Source: Mobula hypostoma (lineage: Eukaryota). Taken from it: a DNA stretch of 64,000 nucleotides. The position numbers were made by a program, and so were the translations under genes. Numbering within the stretch: position 1 is the first letter of the stretch; every line of letters begins with the position of its first letter. Below, piece after piece: positions 36,241 through 50,689 of the stretch. Under the pieces are notes generated by a model that saw only the letters and a list, made by a program, of their open reading frames with translations, was not told where the DNA came from and ran no database searches. Location of the stretch: NCBI RefSeq assembly GCF_963921235.1, contig NC_086097.1:135410001-135474000 (forward strand), in the 5' to 3' direction.

Positions 36241-36510
36241 GTTGATGTAGTGCTGGTATTGAACAGAGTCCACAGGAGGGTCACGTGAATGATTCTGGGA
36301 GTGAAAGAGTTAACGTATGAGTAGTGTTTGACAGCTATGGGACTGTATTTGTTGGAGTTTAGAAGAATGACAGCTGATCTTATTGAAACCTGTCGAATAT
36401 TGAGAGGCCTAATAGAGGTGGAAGTGGAGAGGCTGTTTCCTATAGTGGGTGTGTCTAGCACCAGAGGCTTCAGCCTCAGCCTAGAGGGTTGTCCATTTAG
36501 AACAGAAATG

Positions 36511-39500
36511 CCAATATCCTGGCAGGGAGATTAGCGAGGGCTACTGAGGTGACTTTAAACTAGAATGGTTGGGGGGTGGGAATCAAATTAAAGAGGCTAG
36601 GCGAGAGGAGGTTAGTTCACAACAGGGGGATGGGAACCAGTGCAGAGAGACAGAGGGGTGTAAAATGAGGGTAGAAGCAAAAAGTAGTAAGGAGAAAAGT
36701 AAAAGTGGCAGGCCGACAAATCCAGGGCAAGCATCAAAAAGGGCCACTTTTCAACATAATTGTATAAAGGCTAAGAGAGTTGTAAAAGAGCGCCTGAAGG
36801 CTTTGTGTGTCAATGCAAGGAGCATTCGTAACAAGGTGATGAATTAAAAGTGCAGATTGTTATTAATGAATATGATATAGTTGGGATCACAGAAACATGG
36901 CTCCAGGGTGACCAAGGATGGGAGCTCAACATTCAGAGATATTCAATATTCAGGAGGGATAGACATGAAAGAAAAGGAGGTGGGGTGGCATTGCTGGTTA
37001 GAGAGGAGATTAACGCAATAGAAAGGAAGGACATAAGCCGGGAAGATGTGGAATCGATATGGGTAGAGGGGCATAACACTAAGGGGCAGAAAATGCTGGT
37101 GGGAGTTGTGTACAGGCCACCTAACAGTAGTAGTGAGGTCGGGGATGGTATTAAACAGGAAATTAGAAATGTGTGCAATAAAGGAACAGCAGTTATAATG
37201 GGTGACTTCAATCTACATGTAGATTGGGTGAACCAAATTGGTAAGGGCGCTGAGGAAGAGGATTTCTTGGAACGTATGTGGGATGGTTTTTTTGAACCAA
37301 CATGTCGAGGAACCAACTAGAGAGCAGGTTATTCTAGACTGGGTATTTAGCAATGAGGAAGGGTTAATTAGCAATCTTGTCGTGAGAGGCCCCTTGGGTA
37401 AGAGTGATCATAATATGGTGCAATTCTTCATTAAGATGGAGAGTGACACAGTTAATTCAGAAGCAAAGGTTCTGAACTTAAAGAAGGGTAACTTTGAAGG
37501 TATGAGACGTGAATTAGCTAAGATAGACTGGCAAATGACACTTAAAGGGTTGACGGTGGATATGCAATGGCAAGCATTTAAAGATCACATGGATGAACTA
37601 CAACAATTGTTCATCCCAGTTTGGCAAAAGAATAAACCAGGGAAGGTAGTGCACCCGTGGCTCACAAGGGAAATTTGGGATAGTATCAATTCCAAAGAAG
37701 AAACATACAAATTAGCCAGAAGAAGTGGCTCACCTGAGGACTGGGAGAAATTCAGAGTTCAGCAGAGGAGGACAAAGGGCTTAATTAGGAAGGGGAAAAA
37801 AGATTATGACAGAAAACTGGCAGGGAACATAAAAACTGACTGTAAAAGCTTTTATAGATATGTGAAAAGAAAAAGATTGGTTAAGACAAATATAGGCCCC
37901 CTACAGACAGAAACAGGTGAATTGATTATGGGGAGCAAGGACATGGCAGACCAATTGAATAATTACTTTGGTTCTGTCTTCACTAAGGAGGACATAAATA
38001 ATCTTCAGGCAATAGTAGGGGACAGAGGGTCCAGTGAGATGGAGGAACTGAGGGAAATACATGTTAGTAGGGAAGTGGTGTTAGGTAAATTGAAGGGATT
38101 AAAGGCAGATAAATCCCCAGGGCCAGATGGTCTGCATCCCAGAGTGCTTAAGGAAGTAGCCCAAGAAATAGTGGATGCATTATTTCTGGACTAGTTCCTG
38201 AGGATTGGAGGGTGGCTAATGTAACCCCACTTTTTAAAAAAGGAGGGAGAGAGAAACCAGGGAATTATAAACCAGTTCACCTAACATCGGTGGTGGGGAA
38301 ACTGCTAGAGTCAGTTATCAAAGATGTGATAACAGCACATTTGGAGAGCGGTGAAATCATCGGACAAAGTCAGCATGGATCTGTGAAAGGAAAATCATGT
38401 CTGACGAATCTCATAGAATTTTTTGAGGATGTAACTAGTAGAGTGGATAGGGGAGAACCAGTGGATGTGGTATATTTGGATTTTCAAAAGGCTTTTGACA
38501 AGGTCCCACACAGGAGATTAGTGTGCAAACTTAAAGCACACAGTATTGAGGGTTAAGATATTGATGTGGATAGAGAATTGGTTGGCAGACAGGAAGCAAA
38601 AAGTGGGAATAAACGGGACCTTTTCAGAATGGCAGGCAGTGACCAGTGGGGTACCGCAAGGCTCAGTGCTGGGACCCCAGTTGTTTACAATATATATTAA
38701 TGACTTGGATGAGGGAATTAAATGTAGCATCTCCAAGTTTGCGGATGACACGAAGCTGGGCGGCAGTGTTAGCTGTGAGGAGGATGCTAAGAGGATGCAG
38801 AGTGACTTGGATAGGTTAGGTGAGTGGGCAAATTCATGGCAGATGCAATTTAATGTGGATAAATGTGAAGTTATCCACTTTGGTGGCAAAAGCAGGAAAA
38901 CAGATTATTATCTGAATGGTGGCCGATTAGGAAAAGCGGAGGTGCAACTAGACCTGGGTGTCATTATACACCAGTCATTGAAAGTGGGCATGCAGGTACA
39001 GCAGGCGGTGAAAAAGGCGAATGGTATGCTGGCATTTATAGCAAGAGGATTCGAGTACAGGAGCAGGGAGGTACTACTGCAGTTGTACAAGGCCTTGGTG
39101 AGACCACACCTGGAGTATTGTGTGCAGTTTTGGTCCCCTAATCTGAGGAAAGACATCCTTGCCATAGAGGGAGTACAAAGAAGGTTCACCAGATTGATTC
39201 CTGGGATGGCAGGACTTTCATATGATGAAAGACTGGATGAACTAGGCTTATACTGGTTGGAATTTAGAAGATTGAGGGGGGATCTGATTGAAACGTATAA
39301 AATCCTAAAGGGATTGGACAGGGTAGATGCAGGAAGATTGTTCCCGATGTTGGGGAAGTCCAGAACGAGGGGTCACAGTTTGAGGATAAAGGGGAAGCCT
39401 TTTAGGACCGAGATGAAGAAAAACTTCTTCACACAGAGAGTAGTGAATCTGTGGAATTCTCTGCCACAGTAAACAGTTGAGGCCAGTTCATTGGCTATAT

Positions 39501-39668
39501 TTAAGAGGGAGTTAGATATGGCCCTTGTGGCTAAAGGGATCAGGGGGTATGGAGGGAAGGCTGGGGCAGGGTTCTGAGTTGGATGATCAGCCATGATCAT
39601 ACTGAATGTCGGTGCAGGCTCAAAGGGCTGAATGGCCTACTCCTGCACCTATTTTCTATGTTTCTATG
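36511..39668 (+). mobile_element. Young CR1 LINE: end of ORF1, near-complete but disrupted ORF2 (APE endonuclease plus RT), and 3' UTR
   Basis: NARSIRNK, GITETW, VYRPP, MGDFN, SDHN, KSPGPDG, YLDFQKAFDKV, GVPQGSVLGP and FADD, spread over several frames. TTTCTATG tail. Nested in an older CR1 tail (36245-36510, 39669-39910). Confidence 0.95.
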
Positions 39669-42600
39669 ACAAGGAATTTCTTTAGCCAGAGGGTAGTGAA
39701 ACTGCGGAATTCGTTGTCGCTGCCAACTCTGGAGGCCAAGTCATTGAGTATATTTAAAGCAGAGGTTGATAGGCTCTTTGTTAGACAGGGCGTCAGCAAG
39801 GTTACGGGGAGAATGGCGTTGAGAAGGACAATAAATCAGCCATGATGGAATGGCACAGAAGACTTGATGAGCTGAGTGGCCTAATTCTGTTCCTACATCT
39901 CATGGCTTTATCCTATTTTTGTGACTCCACACCCACCAAAGTGGCAGCTCCTCAGTTTGAATATGAAATTACGTTGCTGCTGGCTGAGTATCATCTCAAT
40001 CTGGTGCCATTTTTCAGTTCTGAAGCAATTAGAATGAACAATAAATGCTGGCATTGCTACTGACTTGCACATCTCACAATGAGGGGTAAGAAAAATATTT
40101 AAAGCGGGCAATCTATGTTTTGTTCAGTTAAAGCCCCAAGCTGCTTGTGACTGAGCTACACTGCAGGTTGAACAGCATTTGTGAGAGGAAAGGAATTGTT
40201 GACAGCTTGGGTTGAGACTCTACATCAGGACCTTGGACACAGTAGTGCCAGACACAATGAAAAACCGTGCAAGGAGAAGTGATGGATTATCACAGCCAAT
40301 CTATGGGAATTTTGTACGTGTTCCCAGAGGTTTGGGAGTTCAGCAGAAGCTCTAGATCAAATCTCAAGTCCTGGAGGTGAGTGGAGAGAATGACAAATGC
40401 TGAGTGCTACACTGGGCAGTCACCCATGACAGTCTGTCAGACTGGGATGCTGGGACTGGAACCTTGCTCCGAGAATGGAGAATCGCAGGTACAGATAGGG
40501 CCAAGGCAACTTTGGTCTGCCACATCAACGGCCCTTCATCAAGAAAAACAATGGAGCCAAAGAAAGAGCTGGTTGGGCTGGCGGCTAAATTGTAGGTCTT
40601 CCCACCACCACCCCCGACCCATTCCACTGATGAATAACCTTAACTACAGTAAGCAGCCTTCTCCTCTCCATCAAGGGACTTGGATGGTTAGATTTTATGA
40701 ATCCAGGCACACAAATTACTCTTTTTAATATAATTTAAATGGCTTATATCTGGCTTCTATTAAATGACATGATGCTGAAACCTATCAAGCCCTTGTCTCC
40801 CTCTGCTCCGCAGAACACAGAGGAACAAATTCAACATTTGCGCGCTTGCCAAACCATAGGAGCCTGAGCCAGCAATGTCTTAAATGCTACAATTCTCATC
40901 CTTCTCCAATACACAACCACACTTTTCCCCCAACTTTGCAAACACATGCAGCCCTGCAACCCCAAGAGATTTCTGAGCTCCTCCAATTCCAATCTTTTGT
41001 AATTCACTTATTTTAAATCACTCTACTCTTGGCAGCCTTTGCCTTCAGCTGCTGCCCCCCCCCTCCACCCCGTCCTAAAATACCCTCCCTTAAACTGTCA
41101 CATTATCACTTTTTAGAAGACTTGTCTTAAAAATCCACCAATATCCTTTTACAGAGGATAAATGGAGTCTGTTGCTTTATGCAGCTAAACTCAACATTTT
41201 TTATTTTAAAAAAAGGCAAAAGGAAAATTGTGTTTTCTTTGTTCCGGATGATCTCAACTGACCACAGCCATCTGAACTCTCAGATGTAAAAGACGAAAGT
41301 CTCTGAGCCAAACACAATAGGACAGGAGACAGCCAGGCTCTCTGCTAATTCCATCTTTAGTACTGGATCTCCTGACAAAAATGTAATTAATGCTTTTGTT
41401 TTTAATACAATTGCAGCAGATTGAAGAAAAGCTTTAATTAAAATCAAATAACATTTCAGATGCATTCATCTCAGCGTTATTCTATATTTAACGCTGTATC
41501 CAACATTGCCCTCTCCTTTGCTGGGGGCCGGATTTATCACTTCTATGTTTAATTGCTGAAGTGCCAAGTGGTTCAAGAAAAACACTTATGGGCCCTGTCC
41601 TCTGGTTTTCCAAAACAGGTTTGAATCATAAGCAAAGCAGTTATTCTGCAAATACTACAGCTTCCACACTTATTCCTAGATTTCTCACCAGGTCACAACA
41701 CCTATCTGTGAAACTACAAACAACCATGGTTTCTGCATTATGTTTACAGTGATTGTTACTGCTAGCTTTTACTTAAGGAATTAGTAACAAGTGACAAGAA
41801 TCTACACAGAAAGATGCAGCTAATATTACAGGAGTTTGAAGAGATTCAAATTTCCTACTCAAGTTTACAAATTTATACAGACGTTCAGTGGAGAACGTTC
41901 TGAGTGGTTACAACACTCAGGTACCGATGCACAGGATCATGAGAGACTGCGGATTCAAGCAGTTCCATCAGCCCAACCCTCCTCAGCATCAAGGGGAACC
42001 TTCGAGAGATGGTGCCTCAGAAAGGTGACATCCATCACTACAGCTCCTCGCCCTCTTGTTACTAACATTAGGGATATGGTACAGGAGCCCGTAGACCCGC
42101 ATTCAACGAATCTGGAACAGATTCTACCTCGCTGCCAGATTTCTGAATGGGCCATTAACATTACCTTGTTGGTTTTTCAAAAATCCATTTTTTTTCTTTA
42201 CACTGCACTACTGCTGCAAAACAACAAATTTCCCATCAGCAACAATAAACCGAATTCTGCTCATTTCCAGATGAAGGATCTCAACCCAAAACTTTGACTG
42301 ACAATTTCCCTCCATGAACACTGTCTGACCCTCTGAATTCCTCCTGCATTTAGTTTGGTGCCACAGAGTCTAGCATTTGCAACCTTGTATCTCCATGCAA
42401 TCACTCGAGTCTGTGCCATCACTCAATGGGATCAATGGTTTCATGGTCAACTCTGCCTCACTCAAATACACTTTGCGCCTTAAATATTGAACGTACTCAC
42501 CGGCCAGGCATGGAAAGCTCTTTTGGAAAGGGAATTTAACAATCTGAAATTTCACAGAGAGTCATACAATAGGGAAGCAGACCATCCAGTCCACTGAGTC

Positions 42601-43840
42601 CATGTTGACCATCAATGACCTATTCCTGAGTAATTTTCCATAGTTCCAATCTATCCCGTTCAGTATCGAGTATCTCAAGAGATCACTTTTTCCTTCAAAC
42701 TCCACAAATACAGGTGAAGCTCACTCAGCCCTCACTGGACAATTCCCTCATCCCTGGAATCAACTCGGAATGAACTCCAAGGCAAGAATCAGCTTCCTGG
42801 ATAATGTACTCCAGGTGTGGGTCACGGCAAAGCCCTGCACAATCTCAGTGACCTTTCCAACTTTTGGACGCCAACCTTGACGCATTACAGACCAACCTAG
42901 CAATGGCTTGAGTGAGAATATTGCACAGGATTTAGATGATCTTCCCCGGATATTGGCTTTGTTTTTGCCAATGTGCCATACTCAGGCAGTGACACTGAAG
43001 GTGTAAGAGGGACTAGTCCAGGTGACAGGAGCATCAGTGTTAAGCTTGAACCAATTGTGCAAGACACCATGAATGCTTGGGAAACAAGGCAGTTAAAGTT
43101 AGACTGATATCACATTGGTTACATTCAGGTTATAGAGTAAGGCAGCATGCAAACAGACACTTTGGAACAACTAGTCCACGTCGCCCATAGTATCCTACCT
43201 CTAGTCCCAGTTATCCACAATCAGCCCATAACCCCCTCCCTTCTACATACCTACAAAAATGCCTTATAAATGTTGCAATTGTACTGACCTCGATCACATC
43301 ATTGCACCTCATTCCAGCTACTCACTACCCACTGTGTAAAGATGTTATCTCTTAAAATGTCTTCTCTCTTACCTTGTATCTGTGCTCTCTAGAACTGAAC
43401 TCCCGAACCCTGGGGAAAAGACAATGACCATCCACTTTATTCATATCCTTCATCATTGTAAACATCTGTGAGACCACCTCTCATTCTCCAGCCAATCTCT
43501 CACTACAATTCAGGCCCCCTAGTCCAGGCAGCATCCTTGTTGCTGGAAAGGGTGCATCTTTTGTGACTGAACAGTGTCTGAAACCTCCAAGTGCAGCCTG
43601 ACCGATAACTTACACAACTGCAACATAATGTTTCTATTCCTACGGTAATTGCCCTGACTGATAAAGGCAAACAGCCTGTCTGCTTGAGCGGCCGCTTTTA
43701 ACGAATTGTGCACTTGCACCCCCAGGTCCCGCTGTTCCACAACTCTTATTAGTGCCTTGCCATTCACTGTCCAAGTCTTACCCTCGTCAGACTGTCCAAA
43801 ATACATCACCTCACACTTATCCAAGTTGAAATCCATTTGC

Positions 43841-44346
43841 AAACAACAGGAATCCTGCAGATGCCGGAAACTCAAGCAACACACACCTTATATTCCGTCT
43901 GGGTAGCCTCCAACCTGATGGCATGAACATCGACTTCTCTAACTTCCGCTAATGCCCCACCTCCCCCTCATACCCCATCTGTTAATTATTTTTATACATT
44001 CTTTCTCTCACTCTCCTTTTTCTCCCTCTGTCCCTCTGACTATACCCCTTGCCCATCCTCTGGGTTCCCCCCCCCTTGTCTTTCACCCCGGATCTCCTGT
44101 CCCATGATCCTCTCATATCCCTTTTGCCCATCACTTGTCCAGCTCTTGGCTCCATCCCTCCCCCTCCTGTCTTCTCCTATCATTTTGGATCTCCCCCTCC
44201 CCCTCCCCCTCCCACTTTCAAGTCTCTTACCAACTCTTCCTTCAGTTAGTCCTGACGAAGGGTCTCGGCCTGAAACATCGACTATACCTCTTCCTAGAGA
44301 TGCTGCCTGGCCTGCTGCGTTCACCAGCAACTTGGATGTGTGTTGC
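43841..44346 (+). mobile_element. Young 5'-truncated Penelope-like insertion: inverted tail, GIY-YIG C-terminus, and pseudo-LTR with hammerhead
   Basis: TSD TTGAAATCCATTTGC at 43826-43840 and 44347-44361. Encodes HLIFRLGSLQPDGMNIDFSNFR*. The left 45 nt are the reverse complement of the element tail. Confidence 0.9.
44247..44284 (+). ncRNA. Minimal type I hammerhead ribozyme (AUC triplet variant)
   Basis: UAGUC-CUGACGA-AGGGUCUCGGCCU-GAAA-C-AUC-GACUA. Stem I is intact, and the ACGU palindrome is changed to ACAU. Confidence 0.65.
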
Positions 44347-46479
44347 TTGAAATCCATTTGCCTTTTCTCGGTCCATCTCCCAAACTGATCAAGATCTCTT
44401 TGCAATTCATTGTAACCAGGTTCAACAAGAACAGAGCATCACCAGCAAACTTATTAACTGTGCCATGTGCATAGTCAAAAGCAGACTTTAGTTTGGTACC
44501 AGAGCAGATCTGTAGTCTGCACCCAGCAGAATTTGTACTATTAGTCTCATTGTTGTTTAAAATTGTTCAAATGGAAACTTACACATTTATCGCCTTTAAT
44601 CCATTGTCCTCTCCAAGGAAGTACTTCACTGATATCAGCAATTAGTGGTGTAAATCATGGAGCCAATAGAAAGGATCCTAATTACTTTTATATGTCTTCA
44701 GGTGGAATTTGCACAAATGATACTACTTTATATCCATTTCTAAATTAACTTACAAAGTTCCATTGTGTTAATATACCTCATCATACTCAAAAGTACAAGC
44801 TGATCTAAAGTTTACTGTACAATTCTAAAAGTTGCGGAACAATGGAGATTCAAATGCTAGTGTCTTCTGCACCCATTTGTGGCTTTGCACCAGCTCTTTG
44901 GAGGCAGACATTTTAAGAACTTTGCTCGTTGTTAGCCCTCTGCCTCGTGACATCATGAATGACAACAATTAGATGTGAGCATTACTTCACACTGCTGGGG
45001 TCAGCAGAGCGGAACTTTGTACAGAAAACGTTCCAGAATGTCTTGGATACACAGGAGACTGCAGATTCAGAACACTGACAATTCCTTTCCTCCCACAGAT
45101 ACTGCTTGACCTGCTGAGTTCCTCCAGCAGGTTGTCATTAGAATCGTAGAGCACAGAAACAGGTCTTTTGGGCTAACTCATAATTTCTGATTGTGTTGCC
45201 CAGCAAGCTAGAATCATCTGCCTGCCTTTGGCCCATCTCTCCCTGTAGATAGCTTTTACAGGTTGCTGATGTGGCCACTTCAACCACTCCTTCTGGCAGC
45301 ACATTCCAAATATGTACCACTTCTGCGTAAAGAGGCCTCCCCTAATATCTCTAATTTCTTGTTTCTGATGTTAAGCCTATGTCCTCTCGTTTTCTGCCTT
45401 CCCTCCATTGGAAAAAGACCATGTGCTTTCACTTTGTCTATGCCTCTTGTGATATTGTACTCCTCTCATCAGGTCACCCCTCAATCGTCTAAATTCCTGG
45501 GATTAAAGTCTCATTGTTTGAAAATATTCTTTTAACTCACCTTCGAGAGGGTCCTCACAATGTTAGCATAATGATAAAAGACACAGGAGCAGGAGGCTAT
45601 TTGGTCCCTCAAACCTACTCCACTATTTAATATGATAGCTCATCCTGTACTTCTATACCATATTCCTGATGCTTTGTCCCACCTCGAAATCTTTCCATCT
45701 ATAATTCAGCGTAATGGCTCCTTATGGTAGCAAAATCGACTGCTTTATCACCCAAGGGAAGAAATTTCTCCCCTCTGCCCTGATCAGTACCCCGAGGCCA
45801 TGCCCCATTGTTCTTGACAGCATATCCAAGAGAAATATCAGCCACGCATTCATCCTAACAAAATCTTCCATGGTGCAATCAGCTCTCCTCTCATTCCTCT
45901 AATCTCTGCTGGATACAGATCTAGTCAACCCAACAAAAGTCCCATCACCTCAGGAGCTCATCTGGTGCATCCTCTTAATGGCAAGTACATTCTTTCTTGG
46001 TTAAGGAGACCAAAACTGCACACAATACTCTAGATGTGGTCTCACCAACGTCCTTAATACTAATAGAAATATTTGACATTCTGGAAGCAGGAAAAATCTA
46101 TGCCAAGCTGTTGATACGGTGAATTGTACTGCACTTCTATTAACATGGACCCAACTTGCATAGGAGGCCATTTGGCCCTCTTAGGCCCATGCTGATTCTA
46201 TGAAAGAGCCCTCTAATTAGGGACATTCTCCCCTGATCTCCACCCGCCCCCACAACCTATTTCGGCATTTCTTTTTGACGAAGTTCCCATTGAGTCCATT
46301 TCTGATCTTCTTTCAGTGTATTCCAGATCACAACCATCATGTAAAAAAGAATGCATCTCTCTTGTTTTCAGTGAAATTAGTTTTAATTTGGACCAATTTA
46401 CTGATTCGCGTGCCAATGGGTGTTCTAACAGCTTATGCAACCCCTGATAAAGCCCAGAGATGGTTACAGGATCAATTAT

Positions 46480-46790
46480 TAGTCACAGAAAGGTACAGAG
46501 ACCCGTTGAGTTCATGCCAACTATCAATCACCCATTTACACTAATCCCACATTTATTGTTAAAATGGTCCCTACTTTCCCAGCAGCTCCCCACAGACTCT
46601 ACATCTACCTGCACACTAGAGGGATAGCTTACAGAGGCCAATCGACCTACCAATTTGCACTTCTTTGGGATGCAGAAGGAAAGCCACAAGGAAAACATGC
46701 AAACTCCACAAAGACAGCTCGAGGTCAGGACTGAACCTGGGCCTCTGGTACTGAGAGGCAGTGGCTCTGCTTTCTGCACTAATGTGCCGT
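46480..46790 (-). mobile_element. V-type SINE (with CR1-like tail)
   Basis: Reverse complement has CCAGGTTCAGTCCTGACCTC...TGTGGAGTTTGCATGTTTTCC. Confidence 0.7.
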
Positions 46791-48239
46791 CTTTGAATGG
46801 AGAATTAAAAACAAATTAGAATCACACTGTTAAAAAATAAAACATCAGCTCACACAAGCATTCATCTCAGATTGGGTAGTTTTATGACACCAACTGAACT
46901 GTGAAGTCAGTTGCAATTCAATCTCCAGGCAGCTGGGTGGAATTTTCCCCTAGATTCTAATACTCACTTTGGGTTTCATTGTAAGCAGAGGATGTAGTTC
47001 ATAAAAACAGCAGCCCAAGCTATCATCATTGAAGAAAATGGGGCAACAGCCTCAGATTGAAGAGATGTTGGGGAAAAGGGCTTCCAAAGTCTCTTAGTAG
47101 CGTCTAAACCTGGAATAGCATTCAAAATCTGATTAGCACAAAAGTAATCAATGACAGATCACTGTCAAATCAACATTCATTCATTTCCACGTGCTCGTTT
47201 GGCCCTTGTCTGGTTCAAAAATTGTATCCCACAAGGACGGTTGAATCTCAACTGGTAGCATGCAGTCCAATTTCTGGAGTGGAGAGACTGGACTAGAAAT
47301 AGATGTAATTAGATTTCAATTTGGGAGCAAGGGAAATTAATTTTCAGATGTGCACCACTGAAATAACAGAATGAAGTGACTGAATTTCTTCCAAACTATC
47401 TTTAAATTATCACGTAATCTGACATTAAATTCTCACTTCAAGTGACATTGAATTTTAATTAATGCATCAGCTCAGAAGAGTGATCAGGTTTGCTTTGTAA
47501 ACCTAATCTTTTCTTGAAGGCTTTATTGAAGAATTTCAAATGTTGGGCTGGAAACAGCAAACTTTGGAAAGAAATGCCAGGTAAAGGGACATTTGCAGGC
47601 TAGCTCTGTAACACTGTATGCAATGAGAAATTTCAAAATGTACCTTTGCACACAGGAGATACCTAATTAGGGTTTCCAAAATTATGATATAAAAGCCAGC
47701 ACCTTTTCCCCAGGGTCAAATTGTCTAATACTGGAGCATATTCATTTTATATGGGGAGGGGTGAGTTTAAAGGAGATGTGCCAGGCAAGTTTTTGCTTAA
47801 ACACAAGAACGTTGGGTGCCTGGAATGGGATGCCAGAGTGGTGGGGAAGGCAAATATAACAGAAGTGCTCAGGAGACCCTTTGATAGGCACACGGTTGTG
47901 CATAAATCAGGGAGATATGGACACTGTGTAGGCAGAAGGGATTAGTTTAGTTAGGCATTTAATTACTAGGGAAAAACATCTTGGGCCAAAGGGCCTGTTA
48001 TGATATACTGTCCTATGTTCTATACTGGTCCATTTGAAATGGTTGCAAAGCCTGGAGGGCAAAGGGCAAGGCATTTTAATCACCAATGAAGAGTGCAGTG
48101 GAGAGTCATATAGCACAATCTATGTTGTATGGCTCAGACTGGTTCAGTCCAATCAGTCTATGGCCCATGATGCCCATCTAAGCTAGAACCATTTGCCAAC
48201 GGAAATGAAGTGTGATAGAAAATATTTTTAAACCGCAAG

Positions 48240-48565
48240 GTACCCAGGGCATGCCCTTTTCTCACTGTTACCATCAGATAGGAGGTACAGAAGCCTGAAG
48301 GCACACACTCAGCGATTCAGGAACAGCTTCTTCCCCTCTGCCATCGGATTCCTAAATGCACATTGAACCCTTGAATACCACCTCACCTTCTTTTATAGTA
48401 TTTCTGGCTTTTTGTACGATTTTTAATCTATTCAATACATGTATACTGTAATTGATTTATTATTATTACTTAATTTTTTTCTTCGATATTATGTATTACA
48501 TTGAACTGCTGTTGCTAAGTTAACAAATTTCACAACACATGCTAGTGATAATAAACCTGATTCTG
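48240..48565 (+). mobile_element. Rex1/Babar-type 3' end
   Basis: HALFSLLPSDRRYRSLKAHTQRFRNSFFPSAIGFLN plus an AATAAACCTGATTCTGAT tail. Confidence 0.75.
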
Positions 48566-49259
48566 ATGCAACCTCGACTGCTGATCGTGATTTTAGCAGA
48601 GGCAGGTGGACAAGGTGACCATTCACTCTCAGAACACAGAGTATTCTGTATAGTCTCAAGATACAGGCACAATTTGGTTAATTCAATATCGTCCCTTTAA
48701 ACATGCACATCGTGGGTTTTCCTCGCACACGAATCTAATCAGGTAAATGGAGGCAAACACGAGTGGCAATTATTTTTAAAACAGTATGGCTTGTGACGAT
48801 GATTTTACACACCTATTCAAGGCCCAAGCTTGTCAATTGCAAGACCAACCTTCTCTACACAGCAAATGATTATCAGGACGTGTTCAGCCATTGTGCTGTG
48901 GAACTAAAAGCCTCGAGCACTCCAAGCAGCAAAAGCACGCTTTTGGTTTTAAATGTCATGTCATTTCACGTCAGGGGAGATTTCCTCCTCTCTCCAAGAG
49001 GAATTGCTCGTCTCAAAGCCTATGGAACAAATGTAAGGTCTCGAGCTTTTTGATGTTACACATAATCAGAAGCGGAACTGAACATGGCTTTCCATTCTCC
49101 ACAATTGTATTGTGAACTAAGCATCAAAGGAGCTCCCTCAGATTATCATGGGGCGGATGTAGACAGATTCCCCTCCACAAGCTTATAAATACCTGACTCT
49201 AGTACAGCCTGTACATCTGAACAAGCATTCAATAGACCACAGGGATAGATTTTACTGGC

Positions 49260-49625
49260 AGCTGCAGAGCTGTAGGCATCTTCTGCCAGGTGAGAACGCT
49301 CTTCCCGGCCACATAAGTGATTGATACTTCCTCTTAAAACTTGCTCTTGATGGTGGGGAATGTTGTGATTGTAGTTGGGCTGGTACAATCCTTTGCATTG
49401 GAGCCCCCATACCAGGCTGTGATGCAACCAGTCAGAGTGGTCTCCACTGCTCATCAATAGAAATTTGCTCGCGTCTTCAGTGACATACCAAGCCTCCTCA
49501 AACTCTGAATAAATTAGAGTCACCGGCGTGCCTTTTTCATGATTGCATCAATGTGTTAGGCCCAGGATAGATCCTCCGAGATGCTGATGCTCTGGAACTT
49601 GAAGCTGCTCTCCCTTTCCACTGCT
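49260..49625 (-). mobile_element. Rex1/Babar-type ORF remnant
   Basis: SSFKFQSISISEDLSWA and LTGCITAWYG on the - strand. Confidence 0.65.
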
Positions 49626-50689
49626 GACTCCTCGACGAAGACTCTGTTATAATGACCATCTCCATTCACAGTGCTACCAAACACTCGGCACACACTAAGC
49701 TGTCTGCAGTTGCAACACTGAGGGATGATAATTAAAGTACACCCTGTTGCCTGGACTCTACACCGACGGCAGGTACATGCAGTGGGAGCGACAGCAGCAA
49801 GTCACTTAGCCTTCAGTTCCATTCCCCACCGAGGACAAGAACAGAAGGACCACACTGCTCGGGAGTCACACGTAGAGCAGTATGGGAGGTCTGAGTCCAG
49901 CCATCTACAATATGAGGCCAGAAATTCAAGATTTGCAACCATCCACACACCATCCTCGCTTCAACACACATCACTTCATTATTATTGCTGGAACTTGAAT
50001 GTAGAACAACACAACAGGGGAAGAGGAAGCTATTCAGCCCATTGCCTTTGTTGGATCTTTTCAACAGCAACCTGTGTAAAAAAAAATTCTGTACCTCCCC
50101 AGCTTTCTCTCCATAATCTTCTCGTTCAAAGATTCATACAATTCCTGATTAAAACTCCTGTTGAAACAGTAATCACAGTCCTACCAGGCAATGATTTCCA
50201 AATCCTAACCTGATGATTTAACTACCATTCTCTTGTCAAACTCTCAGAATCTGGTCTCTTTAATAAGACACAATTCCTATTTTAATGACTTAGTGTTTGC
50301 TATAATGCACTCGGACTGCATGTGCAAAAGGTAGAGTTCATATTCTGCTATAATTCTTCAACCTGTAATGCATGTAGGATTGAAGAACTCTGAAAGAATG
50401 GAAATCTTAGTTACATTTTGTAAAGTTAAAAAAAATCATCTTCAATATGGTTTACTCATGAACGTAAGACACTGGAAAAACAGTAGACAACAGCCACTCA
50501 AGCCTGCTCCCCATTCCATCACATCATGGTTGACTCCACTTTCTTGCCTGTTTCCCATAAACCTATTATCCAAAAAATTCCTAGCCTTCAATATATTCAA
50601 AGCTTCTAAATCCCTCCTGGGGCGAGAATTCCAGAAATTCACAATCCACAGACAAGAAAGTCAGCCATACTCCATCTTAAATCCTTATT

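Larger units (their letters stand above)
43130..44465 (-). mobile_element. CR1 3' fragment hosting a PLE insertion
   Basis: MQRDLDQFGRWTEKRQMDF...DKCEVMYFG is continuous once 43841-44346 and one TSD copy are removed. Confidence 0.8.

Noticed and set aside
36850..39472. Host gene or active reverse transcriptase
   Set aside because: These are frameshifted pieces of one CR1 ORF2.
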